NCBI GenBank assembly: GCA_027923505.1
Contig: BROI01000015.1
Span: forward strand, 248,001 to 312,000
Direction of reading: 5' to 3'
DNA: 64,000 nucleotides
Source: Mayamaea pseudoterrestris
Taxonomy: Eukaryota
The translations under genes and the position numbers were made by a program. Below the pieces are notes generated by a model. That model ran no database searches, had not been told where the DNA came from, and worked only from the letters and a program-made list of their open reading frames with translations. The number at the start of each line of letters is the position of its first letter. Position 1 is the stretch's first letter. This document shows positions 1 to 12,259 of the stretch, in pieces.

Positions 1-235
1 CTCGCCACTACACGAATACGACTGCACTCTCGTCGCAAACTAGTAGTTCTATATTGTGAGCTTATCGCTACATCGCTACATCGACCACTCGGAAGATCAT
101 CCGATCAATCCGTTTCTTTCAATCACATTACATCAGTCGTAACTGGTCGTTCCATTCATACAACGCATCCACACGACGGTTGCGCACTTTCTTCATTCAC
201 ATGTAAGAAGCCCCCCCACAAAAGTACAGAACGCA

Positions 236-817
236 CCGCTTCCAGGTAGGTGTTACCGACATTGGCAGCCCAAAACTTAAGGTCGTTCAGTTCAGCTAAC
301 AAAGCTATAGTTCGGATGCTTTGCATAGAGACAACACCGGAGTAGGCAGAGTCCTTGGGCGGAGTGGTTGAATGTCCCCCAGTGATGAGTCCGGCCTTAC
401 GTTGTAGGTCGTTCTTGCAGTCAAAGACAAGATGCGCGTTGATGCGTTTCCAATCACTTTCCATGAAGGCACCAATGCCCCTGTCAATGAAAGTGTCATA
501 CTTGTGTAGCTGCTCCATCTCAGTCTTGATGGCGTCAGCCCATAGTGTGTTTCCATTAGCAGCGTCAAGGTTGCTTGCTTCCTTCCAAGTATTAGGAACT
601 TGAACGCCAAACTTATAAGGTGCTTCTTGGACATGGTTCTTCTTTGCAGCCTTGTACATGCGGTTAAACAGTTTAGTGCATCCTGCCATGTGCTTCAAGC
701 GCTTCCATCCAGCCTTGTCCAACATACCCTTGTGCTTGCTGTACTCGGCAACGGTGACAGGGTCAGACTTTACAATCAGTGCGAGTGGTTCCCAGGTCTT
801 CTTGCCATTTGCCCATT
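236..817 (-). mobile_element. Fragment of a second, diverged Ty1/copia (CoDi-like) pol: chromo-like linker plus RT N-terminus
   Basis: ORF 156..851 contains KWANGKKTWEPL, YKFGVQVP, NGNTLWADAIKTEM, HLVFDCK..RKAGLITGGH and ANVGNTYLEA. These are degenerate copia RT motifs, homologous to but distinct in DNA from the array element. Similarity ends near 236 and is cut at 817 by LTR1. Confidence 0.85.
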
Positions 818-1218
818 TGACACGATGCAGTTCCAGTTCGTACGGCTGCAACGATTCCTCACCCTCTGTAGTCGGTTTCCAAGTGAGCGGGATGATCAGT
901 CCTTTACCTTGGTTTATCCTACAGGGGTCTTATCCTACAAAACGCTAGTTGATTAAGCAGTTCTCTAGAAAGTGAGTTGATTTACGATCGGTCGAGAAAG
1001 AGCGATTGATCAGATGGCTCTTTCAAGACCATTCACGATAGTGAATACTAATCTTGTTTAATCGTGCCTGCGGCTGGCACACATGCAATATTTCAATGAC
1101 GTAGTTGTGAGTAGATGTCTTTTCTGGTACCGCAACGGAGGTTCGAGTACTATGCTCGTGCGCCCCCGGCGACGTCTAGGTTCGCGTCAAGCGACTGGAC
1201 TAGATCGTCATTGTGACA
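818..1218 (-). repeat. 3' LTR of copy 1 (401 bp)
   Basis: Minus strand reads TGTCACAATG...CATCGTGTCA (TG..CA, imperfect terminal inverted repeats). It is preceded by the purine tract AAGGGGAG (1219-1226) and occurs 4 times in the window. Confidence 0.92.
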
Positions 1219-3178
1219 CTCCCCTTGTAGGTGTGCCAGGACAGGTGTAAGCTCAATGAGCTCCCCTGGAGTCGGCTCCCCTTGAGGCAGTGACGGGTCC
1301 ATAAGGTAGAATTCGAGTTCTCCAGGATCCAAGGTTTCGCCACGCCAGAACAGTAATGGTTTGAGTAGGGGCCATGCGTCGATGTAGGGTAGGTATTTGG
1401 TAAGCGCGTCGGAAGCGTTTTCCTTGCCAGCAATCTTGACGAACTTGATAATTCCGGCTGCTACACACCACCGGATACGGTGATATGCGAGGGCATTGTG
1501 GCGCTTGGTGAGTGTGGATGTAGGCACTGTACACTGCGTGATGACTGATTGGTTATCACCGAGTAGCCATGAAGAGGACTCGATGGGAACACCCATTGCC
1601 ATGAGTGACGCGCGTATGCCTAGGATATGGTCGGTTGCAACGCGTCCGCTCATGAGTTCAGAGCCAAAGGTCGCGTGTTCGACGGTATCTTGAAGTTTGG
1701 CAAACCACTTGAACGGAGTCTGCTGAATGAAGTGAAGGATTCCAGTGCATGCTTTGCCGGTGACTTTGCAATGCATCAGGTTGGCATCTTTGAGGGTAGT
1801 AAGGCGAACTGTCTTGCCCTTTGGTTTCGGCCAGAGTGAAAGGACCTCTTCCTTGGGGTTGTCGTAGACGGTTTGTTGCCAGTCATAGGTTGGTGAGTCG
1901 CCGAAGATGATTTCGTTCTGCGGCCACTGGGTGCGAAAGCGGATGGCTGCCTCGGGAAACTTGCGAAGGTAGCCGCATACACGCTTTACTCGGTCGAGGT
2001 GTCCAATGCGAGGCTGTCCGCGGAAGCGTGACAGGCAGGCGGTGGCACTGCAGATATCGAATCGGCCAAGGGTGATCGCCCACTGAAGGGCTCCGACAAA
2101 CGATTGGTAGATCTTAATGTCCGACTCCCCTAAAAGAGACGTCTGGTCGAGTTCCGGGTGGTCATGAGAGTCGAGTGGAGAGCTGTACTTTGGTGGTGGT
2201 CCGTTGAATGTACGCTCGTAGTTGGCTAGAAGCTTGGTGATGTAGGTCTTGGTGCCCCAGAATAGTGTTCCGTCAGGGTCGCGTCCGAAGTCACTGCCTA
2301 GATGGTACTCTGGGCATCCAACGCCCTTGAGCTTGAACTTGTACTTGTTGCGAAGAAGTCGTAGAATGCGCCCGGGTCAATCATGATTGCCATAAGGTCA
2401 TCGACGTAAGTGCAAATGTATTCGTAACAATGGCCAGCATCGCGAATCCAAACGTCTGGATCGGCGTACAAGGCTTTGAAGCCTTCCGCTTGAAGCGCGT
2501 CCGCGAGCCGCTCCTGGAATTGTGCTCCACTTGTGCATAGGCCATAAAGTGCTTTGTAGATAATGAGTGTGTGGCCTTCCAAGTTGCCGAACTCAGGCCA
2601 GCGATGAAGTAAATCTTTTCTTTGGTTTTGGCTTCGAGGTAAGCATTTCCGATGTCGCCTACCATGGGGGTGAGTCCATTCAACTCCCCTATCGCCAGCG
2701 CTAGGCGCAGCGATTCGAGTGAAACGACGCTCGAGTATGAGTCGTCGACAGGATCAGTAAGGTGTCCACCAGCAACCATCCGAGCCTTGTGACGAAAGTC
2801 TTGCTTGCAGTCGTAGACCCAGATAGTGCGAATCTTTTGATAGCCTTCGGGAGGCGCGGCATTCAATCCGAGATCAATGAAGGTGTCGTATTCGAACAGG
2901 CTTGACAGCTCTACCTTCTCCGCGTTGGTCCATTTGGTATGCCAGAGTTCTTCTTGAAACTTTCGAGCTTCCTTTGGATCGCGTGGTACCTTGACGCCGA
3001 ACTTATGTCAAATGCTGCGTCGTTGCTTGGCTTGGTTTACGGTTTGACGGGCGATACGTGCGCGTCGGGCTGCGTCGCGTAGGAACTTCCAGCATTTCTT
3101 ATTGAGTAGTCCGTTTGCCTCGGCGTAGCGAGCGCAGGAAATGATGTCGTCGCGTGCTAAAGCGTTCAATGGCTCCCA
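818..3178 (-). mobile_element. Ty1/copia (CoDi-like) copy 1, 5'-truncated: RT-RNase H-PPT-3' LTR (2361 bp)
   Basis: RT motifs (KARMVAGGH, DIGNAYL, KALYGL, YVDD) and copia RNase H (ATFGSEL, GDNQSVI, KRHNALAYHRIR, ENASDALTK). Frameshifted. Appears identical to 3179-5539. Confidence 0.93.
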
Positions 3179-3579
3179 TGACACGATGCAGTTCCAGTTC
3201 GTACGGCTGCAACGATTCCTCACCCTCTGTAGTCGGTTTCCAAGTGAGCGGGATGATCAGTCCTTTACCTTGGTTTATCCTACAGGGGTCTTATCCTACA
3301 AAACGCTAGTTGATTAAGCAGTTCTCTAGAAAGTGAGTTGATTTACGATCGGTCGAGAAAGAGCGATTGATCAGATGGCTCTTTCAAGACCATTCACGAT
3401 AGTGAATACTAATCTTGTTTAATCGTGCCTGCGGCTGGCACACATGCAATATTTCAATGACGTAGTTGTGAGTAGATGTCTTTTCTGGTACCGCAACGGA
3501 GGTTCGAGTACTATGCTCGTGCGCCCCCGGCGACGTCTAGGTTCGCGTCAAGCGACTGGACTAGATCGTCATTGTGACA
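3179..3579 (-). repeat. 3' LTR of copy 2 (401 bp)
   Basis: Same sequence as 818-1218 at offset 2361, with PPT adjacent. Confidence 0.92.
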
Positions 3580-6497
3580 CTCCCCTTGTAGGTGTGCCAG
3601 GACAGGTGTAAGCTCAATGAGCTCCCCTGGAGTCGGCTCCCCTTGAGGCAGTGACGGGTCCATAAGGTAGAATTCGAGTTCTCCAGGATCCAAGGTTTCG
3701 CCACGCCAGAACAGTAATGGTTTGAGTAGGGGCCATGCGTCGATGTAGGGTAGGTATTTGGTAAGCGCGTCGGAAGCGTTTTCCTTGCCAGCAATCTTGA
3801 CGAACTTGATAATTCCGGCTGCTACACACCACCGGATACGGTGATATGCGAGGGCATTGTGGCGCTTGGTGAGTGTGGATGTAGGCACTGTACACTGCGT
3901 GATGACTGATTGGTTATCACCGAGTAGCCATGAAGAGGACTCGATGGGAACACCCATTGCCATGAGTGACGCGCGTATGCCTAGGATATGGTCGGTTGCA
4001 ACGCGTCCGCTCATGAGTTCAGAGCCAAAGGTCGCGTGTTCGACGGTATCTTGAAGTTTGGCAAACCACTTGAACGGAGTCTGCTGAATGAAGTGAAGGA
4101 TTCCAGTGCATGCTTTGCCGGTGACTTTGCAATGCATCAGGTTGGCATCTTTGAGGGTAGTAAGGCGAACTGTCTTGCCCTTTGGTTTCGGCCAGAGTGA
4201 AAGGACCTCTTCCTTGGGGTTGTCGTAGACGGTTTGTTGCCAGTCATAGGTTGGTGAGTCGCCGAAGATGATTTCGTTCTGCGGCCACTGGGTGCGAAAG
4301 CGGATGGCTGCCTCGGGAAACTTGCGAAGGTAGCCGCATACACGCTTTACTCGGTCGAGGTGTCCAATGCGAGGCTGTCCGCGGAAGCGTGACAGGCAGG
4401 CGGTGGCACTGCAGATATCGAATCGGCCAAGGGTGATCGCCCACTGAAGGGCTCCGACAAACGATTGGTAGATCTTAATGTCCGACTCCCCTAAAAGAGA
4501 CGTCTGGTCGAGTTCCGGGTGGTCATGAGAGTCGAGTGGAGAGCTGTACTTTGGTGGTGGTCCGTTGAATGTACGCTCGTAGTTGGCTAGAAGCTTGGTG
4601 ATGTAGGTCTTGGTGCCCCAGAATAGTGTTCCGTCAGGGTCGCGTCCGAAGTCACTGCCTAGATGGTACTCTGGGCATCCAACGCCCTTGAGCTTGAACT
4701 TGTACTTGTTGCGAAGAAGTCGTAGAATGCGCCCGGGTCAATCATGATTGCCATAAGGTCATCGACGTAAGTGCAAATGTATTCGTAACAATGGCCAGCA
4801 TCGCGAATCCAAACGTCTGGATCGGCGTACAAGGCTTTGAAGCCTTCCGCTTGAAGCGCGTCCGCGAGCCGCTCCTGGAATTGTGCTCCACTTGTGCATA
4901 GGCCATAAAGTGCTTTGTAGATAATGAGTGTGTGGCCTTCCAAGTTGCCGAACTCAGGCCAGCGATGAAGTAAATCTTTTCTTTGGTTTTGGCTTCGAGG
5001 TAAGCATTTCCGATGTCGCCTACCATGGGGGTGAGTCCATTCAACTCCCCTATCGCCAGCGCTAGGCGCAGCGATTCGAGTGAAACGACGCTCGAGTATG
5101 AGTCGTCGACAGGATCAGTAAGGTGTCCACCAGCAACCATCCGAGCCTTGTGACGAAAGTCTTGCTTGCAGTCGTAGACCCAGATAGTGCGAATCTTTTG
5201 ATAGCCTTCGGGAGGCGCGGCATTCAATCCGAGATCAATGAAGGTGTCGTATTCGAACAGGCTTGACAGCTCTACCTTCTCCGCGTTGGTCCATTTGGTA
5301 TGCCAGAGTTCTTCTTGAAACTTTCGAGCTTCCTTTGGATCGCGTGGTACCTTGACGCCGAACTTATGTCAAATGCTGCGTCGTTGCTTGGCTTGGTTTA
5401 CGGTTTGACGGGCGATACGTGCGCGTCGGGCTGCGTCGCGTAGGAACTTCCAGCATTTCTTATTGAGTAGTCCGTTTGCCTCGGCGTAGCGAGCGCAGGA
5501 AATGATGTCGTCGCGTGCTAAAGCGTTCAATGGCTCCCAAGTCATTGAGTTGTCTTCCCACACGACTTTGATGTTGTACATGGAGCCTTCCATCCGCCGG
5601 ATTGCTTTGTGAGTGGCCCTTCGTGCGATAGGATTGCTTTTAAACGTCCAGTTGTGTTCAGGATCGTTTACCTTTGCTGTTTGGTCTCCTACCAGAGTCG
5701 CATGAATTGATACAGTTCGTTTTCGCCATTTTGAGTAGGAACTTGATGTTATGATGGTTGCCGCGTCCATGGTTTCGAAGCCAGGAACTATTTCGCTCGC
5801 TGGCTCCCCATCCCGAGTTGCCAAGTAAACGTTGATTGACAAGTTCTTCAGGCAGAGCAGTAGTAAATCTGATTGGTCCGTTGATGCGCTTGAGGACGGT
5901 GGTGCCGCTGGTAGACTGCTTCGATTTAATGGTTCATTCCAGAACTCGGGTCCATCGCCGGCTTTTGGGAACTTCATCAGTGGGTAGCCCTCTTCGGGAG
6001 CTTGGTGCGAAAGTTGAAGTCTCTGACTTCTACGAACATGTCGCTTTCGAGTATGACTTGTGGTAAATCAAGAGGATGTTTGATTAAGATCGCCTCACTA
6101 GCCGCTATAATGCCGGGCTTACAACTTGATGTGTTTCGTCCAAGACCCAGTACGTTAGAGCATCACCGACGTTATCAGCTACCCCGACGAAACGTCCAGC
6201 GCGCTCATTGGTTTGGTTGAGCGATGTAGAGTTTGCGCTGTATCGAACGGGCTGCCACCAGTGGTAGTTGAGGTAGGCAGAGATATCGGGTACTTCATTG
6301 TATACCTTTTGATATGGGGTCATGCCACCGAGACGTGACTGGGACATGAGGGCGAGTAGAGCTACGATGTGTAGAGTGCATAGCAGCCAGGTTGGTGCAG
6401 GCGATCCGGTTCGATCCATGTTGACATTGACAGTGCGCTCGACGTCGCCGATAACGCGTTCCGCTGGATTCTGCTGTTGGTTTTCCGGTTCGCTGAC
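3179..6497 (-). mobile_element. Ty1/copia copy 2, 5'-truncated within integrase: INT C-part, chromo-like linker, RT, RNase H, 3' LTR (3319 bp)
   Basis: Integrase segment (SEPENQQQNPAER, TPYQKV..PDISAY, GRFVGVADNVGDALTYWVL) lies upstream of RT and RNase H, giving the copia order INT-RT-RH. Confidence 0.93.
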
Positions 6498-6900
6498 TGA
6501 CACGATGCAGTTCCAGTTCGTACGGCTGCAACGATTCCTCACCCTCTGTAGTCGGTTTCCAAGTGAGCGGGATGATCAGTCCTTTACCTTGGTTTATCCT
6601 ACAGGGGTCTTATCCTACAAAACGCTAGTTGATTAAGCAGTTCTCTAGAAAGTGAGTTGATTTACGATCGGTCGAGAAAGAGCGATTGATCAGATGGCTC
6701 TTTCAAGACCATTCACGATAGTGAATACTAATCTTGTTTAATCGCTGCCTGGTGGCTGGCACACATGCAATATTTCAATGACGTAGTTGTGAGTAGATGT
6801 CTTTTCTGGTACCGCAACGGAGGTTCGAGTACTATGCTCGTGCGCCCCCGGCGACGTCTAGGTTCGCGTCAAGCGACTGGACTAGATCGTCATTGTGACA
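6498..6900 (-). repeat. 3' LTR of copy 3 (403 bp)
   Basis: Plus strand TGACACGATG...CATTGTGACA. Carries ATCGCTGCCTGGTGGCTGGC versus ATCGTGCCTGCGGCTGGC in LTR1/2. Confidence 0.92.
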
Positions 6901-8203
6901 CTCCCCTTGTAGGTGTGCCAGGACAGGTGTAAGCTCAATGAGCTCCCCTGGAGTCGGCTCCCCTTGAGGCAGTGACGGGTCCATAAGGTAGAATTCGAGT
7001 TCTCCAGGATCCAAGGTTTCGCCACGCCAGAACAGTAATGGTTTGAGTAGGGGCCATGCGTCGATGTAGGGTAGGTATTTGCGGCAAGCTCCTTGCCAGC
7101 AATCTTGACGAACTTGATAATTCCGGCTGCTACACACCACCGGATACGGTGATATGCGAGGGCATTGTGGCACTTGGTGAGTGTGGATGTAGGCACTGTA
7201 CACTGCATGATGACTGATTGGTTATCACCGAGTAGCCATGAAGAGGACTCGATGGGAACACCCATTGCCATGAGTGACGCGCGTATGCCTAGGATATGGT
7301 CGGTTGCAACGCGTCCGCTCATGAGTTCAGAGCCAAAGGTCGCGTGTTCGACGGTATCTTGAAGTTTGGCAAACCACTTGAACGGAGTCTGCTGAATGAA
7401 GTGAAGGATTCCAGTGCATGCTTTGCCGGTGACTTTGCAATGCATCAGGTTGGCATCTTTGAGGGTAGTAAGGCGAACTGTCTTGCCCTTTGGTTTCGGC
7501 CAGAGTGAAAGGACCTCTTCCTTTGGGGTGTCGTGACGGTTTGTTGCCAGTCATAGGTTGGTGAGTCGCAAGATGATTTCGTTCTGCGGCCACTGGGTGC
7601 GAAAGCGGATGGCTGCCTCGGAAACTGCGAGGTCGCCGCATACACGCTTTACTCGGTCGAGGTGTCCAATGCGAGGCTGTCCGCGGAAGCGTGACAGGCA
7701 GGCGGTGGCACTGCAGATATCGAATCGGCCAAGGGTGATCGCCCACTGAAGGGCTCCGACAAACGATTGGTAGATCTTGATGTCTGACTCCCCTAAAAGA
7801 GACGTCTGGTCGAGTTCCGGGTGGTCATGAGAGTCGAGTGGAGAGCTGTACTTTGGTGGTGGTCCATTGAATGTACGCTCAGCTGGCTAGAAGCTTGGTG
7901 ATGTAGGTCTTGGTGCCCCAGAATAGTGTTCCGTCAGGGGTCGTCCGTTCGACGCCTAGATAGTACTCTGGGCATCCGACGCCCTTGAGCTTGAACTTGT
8001 ACTTGTTGCGAAGAATGTCGTAGAATGCGCCCGGGTCAATCATGATTGCCATAAGGTCGTCGACGTAAGTGCAAATGTATTTGTAACAATGGCCAGCATC
8101 GCGAATCCAAACGTCTGGATCGGCGTACGGAGGCTTTGAAGCTCCGACAGCGTCCTGAAGCCGCGCGTGGAAGCATGCGCCGCTTGTGCGTAGGCCGTAG
8201 AGT
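6498..8203 (-). mobile_element. Ty1/copia copy 3, 5'-truncated within RT (1706 bp)
   Basis: RT C-part, RNase H and LTR. Shares indels with copy 4, e.g. the deletion giving GTATTTGCGGCAAGCTCC and the +2 bp LTR variant. Confidence 0.92.
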
Positions 8204-8606
8204 TGACACGATGCAGTTCCAGTTCGTACGGCTGCAACGATTCCTCACCCTCTGTAGTCGGTTTCCAAGTGAGCGGGATGATCAGTCCTTTACCTTGGTT
8301 TATCCTACAGGGGTCTTATCCTACAAAACGCTAGTTGATTAAGCAGTTCTCTAGAAAGTGAGTTGATTTACGATCGGTCGAGAAAGAGCGATTGATCAGA
8401 TGGCTCTTTCAAGACCATTCACGATAGTGAATACTAATCTTGTTTAATCGCTGCCTGGTGGCTGGCACACATGCAATATTTCAATGACGTAGTTGTGAGT
8501 AGATGTCTTTTCTGGTACCGCAACGGAGGTTCGAGTACTATGCTCGTGCGCCCCCGGCGACGTCTAGGTTCGCGTCAAGCGACTGGACTAGATCGTCATT
8601 GTGACA
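8204..8606 (-). repeat. 3' LTR of copy 4 (403 bp)
   Basis: Same as LTR3 at offset 1706, with PPT at 8607-8614. Confidence 0.92.
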
Positions 8607-11600
8607 CTCCCCTTGTAGGTGTGCCAGGACAGGTGTAAGCTCAATGAGCTCCCCTGGAGTCGGCTCCCCTTGAGGCAGTGACGGGTCCATAAGGTAGAAT
8701 TCGAGTTCTCCAGGATCCAAGGTTTCGCCACGCCAGAACAGTAATGGTTTGAGTAGGGGCCATGCGTCGATGTAGGGTAGGTATTTGCGGCAAGCTCCTT
8801 GCCAGCAATCTTGACGAACTTGATAATTCCGGCTGCTACACACCACCGGATACGGTGATATGCGAGGGCATTGTGGCACTTGGTGAGTGTGGATGTAGGC
8901 ACTGTACACTGCATGATGACTGATTGGTTATCACCGAGTAGCCATGAAGAGGACTCGATGGGAACACCCATTGCCATGAGTGACGCGCGTATGCCTAGGA
9001 TATGGTCGGTTGCAACGCGTCCGCTCATGAGTTCAGAGCCAAAGGTCGCGTGTTCGACGGTATCTTGAAGTTTGGCAAACCACTTGAACGGAGTCTGCTG
9101 AATGAAGTGAAGGATTCCAGTGCATGCTTTGCCGGTGACTTTGCAATGCATCAGGTTGGCATCTTTGAGGGTAGTAAGGCGAACTGTCTTGCCCTTTGGT
9201 TTCGGCCAGAGTGAAAGGACCTCTTCCTTTGGGGTGTCGTGACGGTTTGTTGCCAGTCATAGGTTGGTGAGTCGCAAGATGATTTCGTTCTGCGGCCACT
9301 GGGTGCGAAAGCGGATGGCTGCCTCGGAAACTGCGAGGTCGCCGCATACACGCTTTACTCGGTCGAGGTGTCCAATGCGAGGCTGTCCGCGGAAGCGTGA
9401 CAGGCAGGCGGTGGCACTGCAGATATCGAATCGGCCAAGGGTGATCGCCCACTGAAGGGCTCCGACAAACGATTGGTAGATCTTGATGTCTGACTCCCCT
9501 AAAAGAGACGTCTGGTCGAGTTCCGGGTGGTCATGAGAGTCGAGTGGAGAGCTGTACTTTGGTGGTGGTCCATTGAATGTACGCTCAGCTGGCTAGAAGC
9601 TTGGTGATGTAGGTCTTGGTGCCCCAGAATAGTGTTCCGTCAGGGGTCGTCCGTTCGCCGCCTAGATAGTACTCTGGGCATCCGACGCCCTTTAGCTTGA
9701 ACTTGTACTTGTTGCGAAGAATGTCGTAGAATGCGCCCGGGTCAATCATAATTGCCATAAGGTCGTCGACGTAAGTGCAAATGTATTTGTAACAATGGCC
9801 AGCATCGCGAATCCAAACGTCTGGATCGGCGACGGAGGCTTTGAAGCTCCGACAGCGTCCTGAAGCCGCGCGTGGAAGCATGCGCCGCTTGTGCGTAGGC
9901 CGTAGAGTGCTTTGTAGATGATGAGTGTGTGGCCTTCCATGTCGCCGAACTCAGGTCCAGCGATGAAGTAAATCTTTTCTTTGGTTTTGGCTTCGAGGCG
10001 CATTTCCGATGTCGCCTACCATGGGAGTGAGTCCATTCAACTCCCTCGCCGCGCTGCAGCGATTCGAGTGAAACGACGCCGAGTATGAGTCGTCGACAGG
10101 ATCAGTAAGGTGTCCACCAGCAACCATCCGAGCCTTGTGACGAGTGTCTTGCTTGCAGTCGTAGACCCAGATAGTGCGAATCTTTTGATAGCCTTCGGGA
10201 GGCGCGGCATTCAATCCGAGATCAATGAAGGTGTCGTATTCGAACAGGCTTGACAGCTCTACCTTCTCCGCGTTGGTCCATTTGGTATGCCGGAGTTCTT
10301 CTTGGAACTTTCGAGCTTCCTTTTGATCCGCGTGGTACCTTGACGCCGAACTTGTGTCGGTTGCTGCGTCGGTTTGGCTTGGCTTACGGTTGACGGGCGT
10401 ATACGTGCGCAAGGCCGGGCTGCGTCGCGTAGGAACTTCCAGCCTTTCTTGTTGAGTAGTCCGTTCGCCTCGGGCGAGCGAAGCGCAGGAAATGATGTCG
10501 TCGCGCTAAAGCGTTCATGGTCCCAAGTCGTTGAGTTGTCTTCCCACACGACTTTGATGTTATACATGGAGCCTTTCCATCCGTCGGATTGCTTTGTGAG
10601 TGGCCCTTCGCGATAGGATTGCTTTAAACGTCCAGTTGTGTTCAGGATCGTTACCTTTGCTGCTTGGTCCTTTTTGAACAATTCGCAGAGTCGGATGTAA
10701 TCGATGACTTCTTCAGCTTCGTTTTCGCCGATTTTGAGTAGGGGGAACTTGATGTTATGATGGTTGGCTGCGTCCATGGTTTCGAGCTTGATCGATTTCC
10801 GGCTCGCATGGCTCCCCATCCTGAGTATGCCAAGTAAATGTTTGATTGACAAGTTTCAGGTGAGAATGCAGAGTAAATCGATTGGTTCACGTGGATGCGC
10901 TTGAGGCGGGCTGATGGCGCCGCTGTAGGGACTGCTTCCGATGAATGGTTCATCTCAGTGAACTCGGTCGTTGGGTTCAGTAGAACGGTTCATCAGTGGC
11001 CCCTCTTCTTCGGAGCTTTGGGTGCCGAGTTGGAAGCTCTCTTGAGTCCACCTTCGGTGTATACGAACATGTCGCCTTCGGGAAGCTCGACTTGTGGTAA
11101 ATCTAAGACGGATGTTTGATTAAGATCGTCTCGACAGCCGTTGTTCGGGCGACAACTTGATGTGTTTCCCTCCACACCCAGGATAGAGCATCACCAACGT
11201 TATCAGCTACCCCGACAGAAACGTCCAGCGGTCATTGGTTTGTGTTTGGCGATGTCGGCGTTTGCATCGAACGGGCGTTACCAGTGGTAGTTGAGGTAGG
11301 CAGAGATATCGGGTACTTCATTGTATACCTTTTGATATGGGGTCATGCCACCGAGACGTGACTGGGACATAGGGCTAGTAGAGCTACGGTGTGTAGAGTG
11401 CATAGCAGCCAGGTTGGTGCAGGCGATCTGGTTCGATCCATGTTGACATTGACAGTGCGCCGACGTCGCCGATCAACGCGGCGTCTGATTCTGCTTTGGT
11501 TTCGGTTGCGCTGACCCAGTGCTTATGGATCATAAACTGGCGTTCGATTTCAATCGCTCGCTGTTTTTCTTCCTTGGGCTGGCCTGATATTAGACCGAGT

Positions 11601-12210
11601 GGAGCAACCGCACGTTGATAAACTGCATGAGCGTCGACGGAACTTGTCCTTGTTCGCCACGGTAGACGCTAATCAATCGGCTCTGCATGCAAACGTATAG
11701 TTGCGCTGTTTGGCATCCGGCATGTCCAGGAATACCATCGTTGAGTGCGGGTGTGTCGGAGAATAGTGTGTCCATTGACTTCTTTTTCAGGTAGTCGACA
11801 ACATTCGCACCCGGGAAACGAAGTACGCAAATGGCGTCGAGGAAAACGTTGCTCGTGCGATAGAATTGGGTAGTGTTCTTGAGAGTCTCTTTGATCGATT
11901 GGTGGTGAACCAGTTGGGGACGAAGCATTTGTAAAATCTGGTCGCCAGAGGAACCACAGTCGGTGCCGGTCGGCCGGCTGGTCCAGAATATGGATTGCCT
12001 CCGGCTTCACAATTGCGGCATTGACCTGAAGCCATCACGGATCGTACATTTTCGGCAGTGTCTTCGTATTCGAACGTTGCGTCGTTGGGATTCGGAGCAT
12101 GGCTTGATTCGGATGTCGATATGGTTCCGCGTGCAAGTAGTGAGGGTAGTGAAATGTCATCCTGTTGTGGGTTCGTGTTGTAAGAAGCGTCATCGGGTAC
12201 AATGTGTTAA
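8204..12210 (-). mobile_element. Ty1/copia copy 4, longest (pre-integrase, INT, RT, RH, 3' LTR), heavily frameshifted; no 5' LTR or gag seen
   Basis: Contains the sequences of copies 1-3 uninterrupted across their breakpoints, plus SIKETLKNTTQFY and DTLFSDTPA integrase-proximal motifs. Right boundary is approximate. Confidence 0.88.
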
Positions 12211-12259
12211 GCCGCGTAAAGAAGCTGTATATTCCATACATTTCGTTCGTCATACTCAC

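Noticed and set aside
1..235. End of another LTR (..TTCATTCACA) with adjacent PBS/PPT
   Set aside because: Single copy cut by the window edge, with no recognisable tRNA complement. It cannot be supported.
818..12210. Telomere-maintaining (HeT-A-like) or non-LTR retrotransposon array
   Set aside because: The element has LTR, PPT and INT-RT-RH order. No poly(A) tails or telomeric repeats are visible, and the chromosomal position is unknown.
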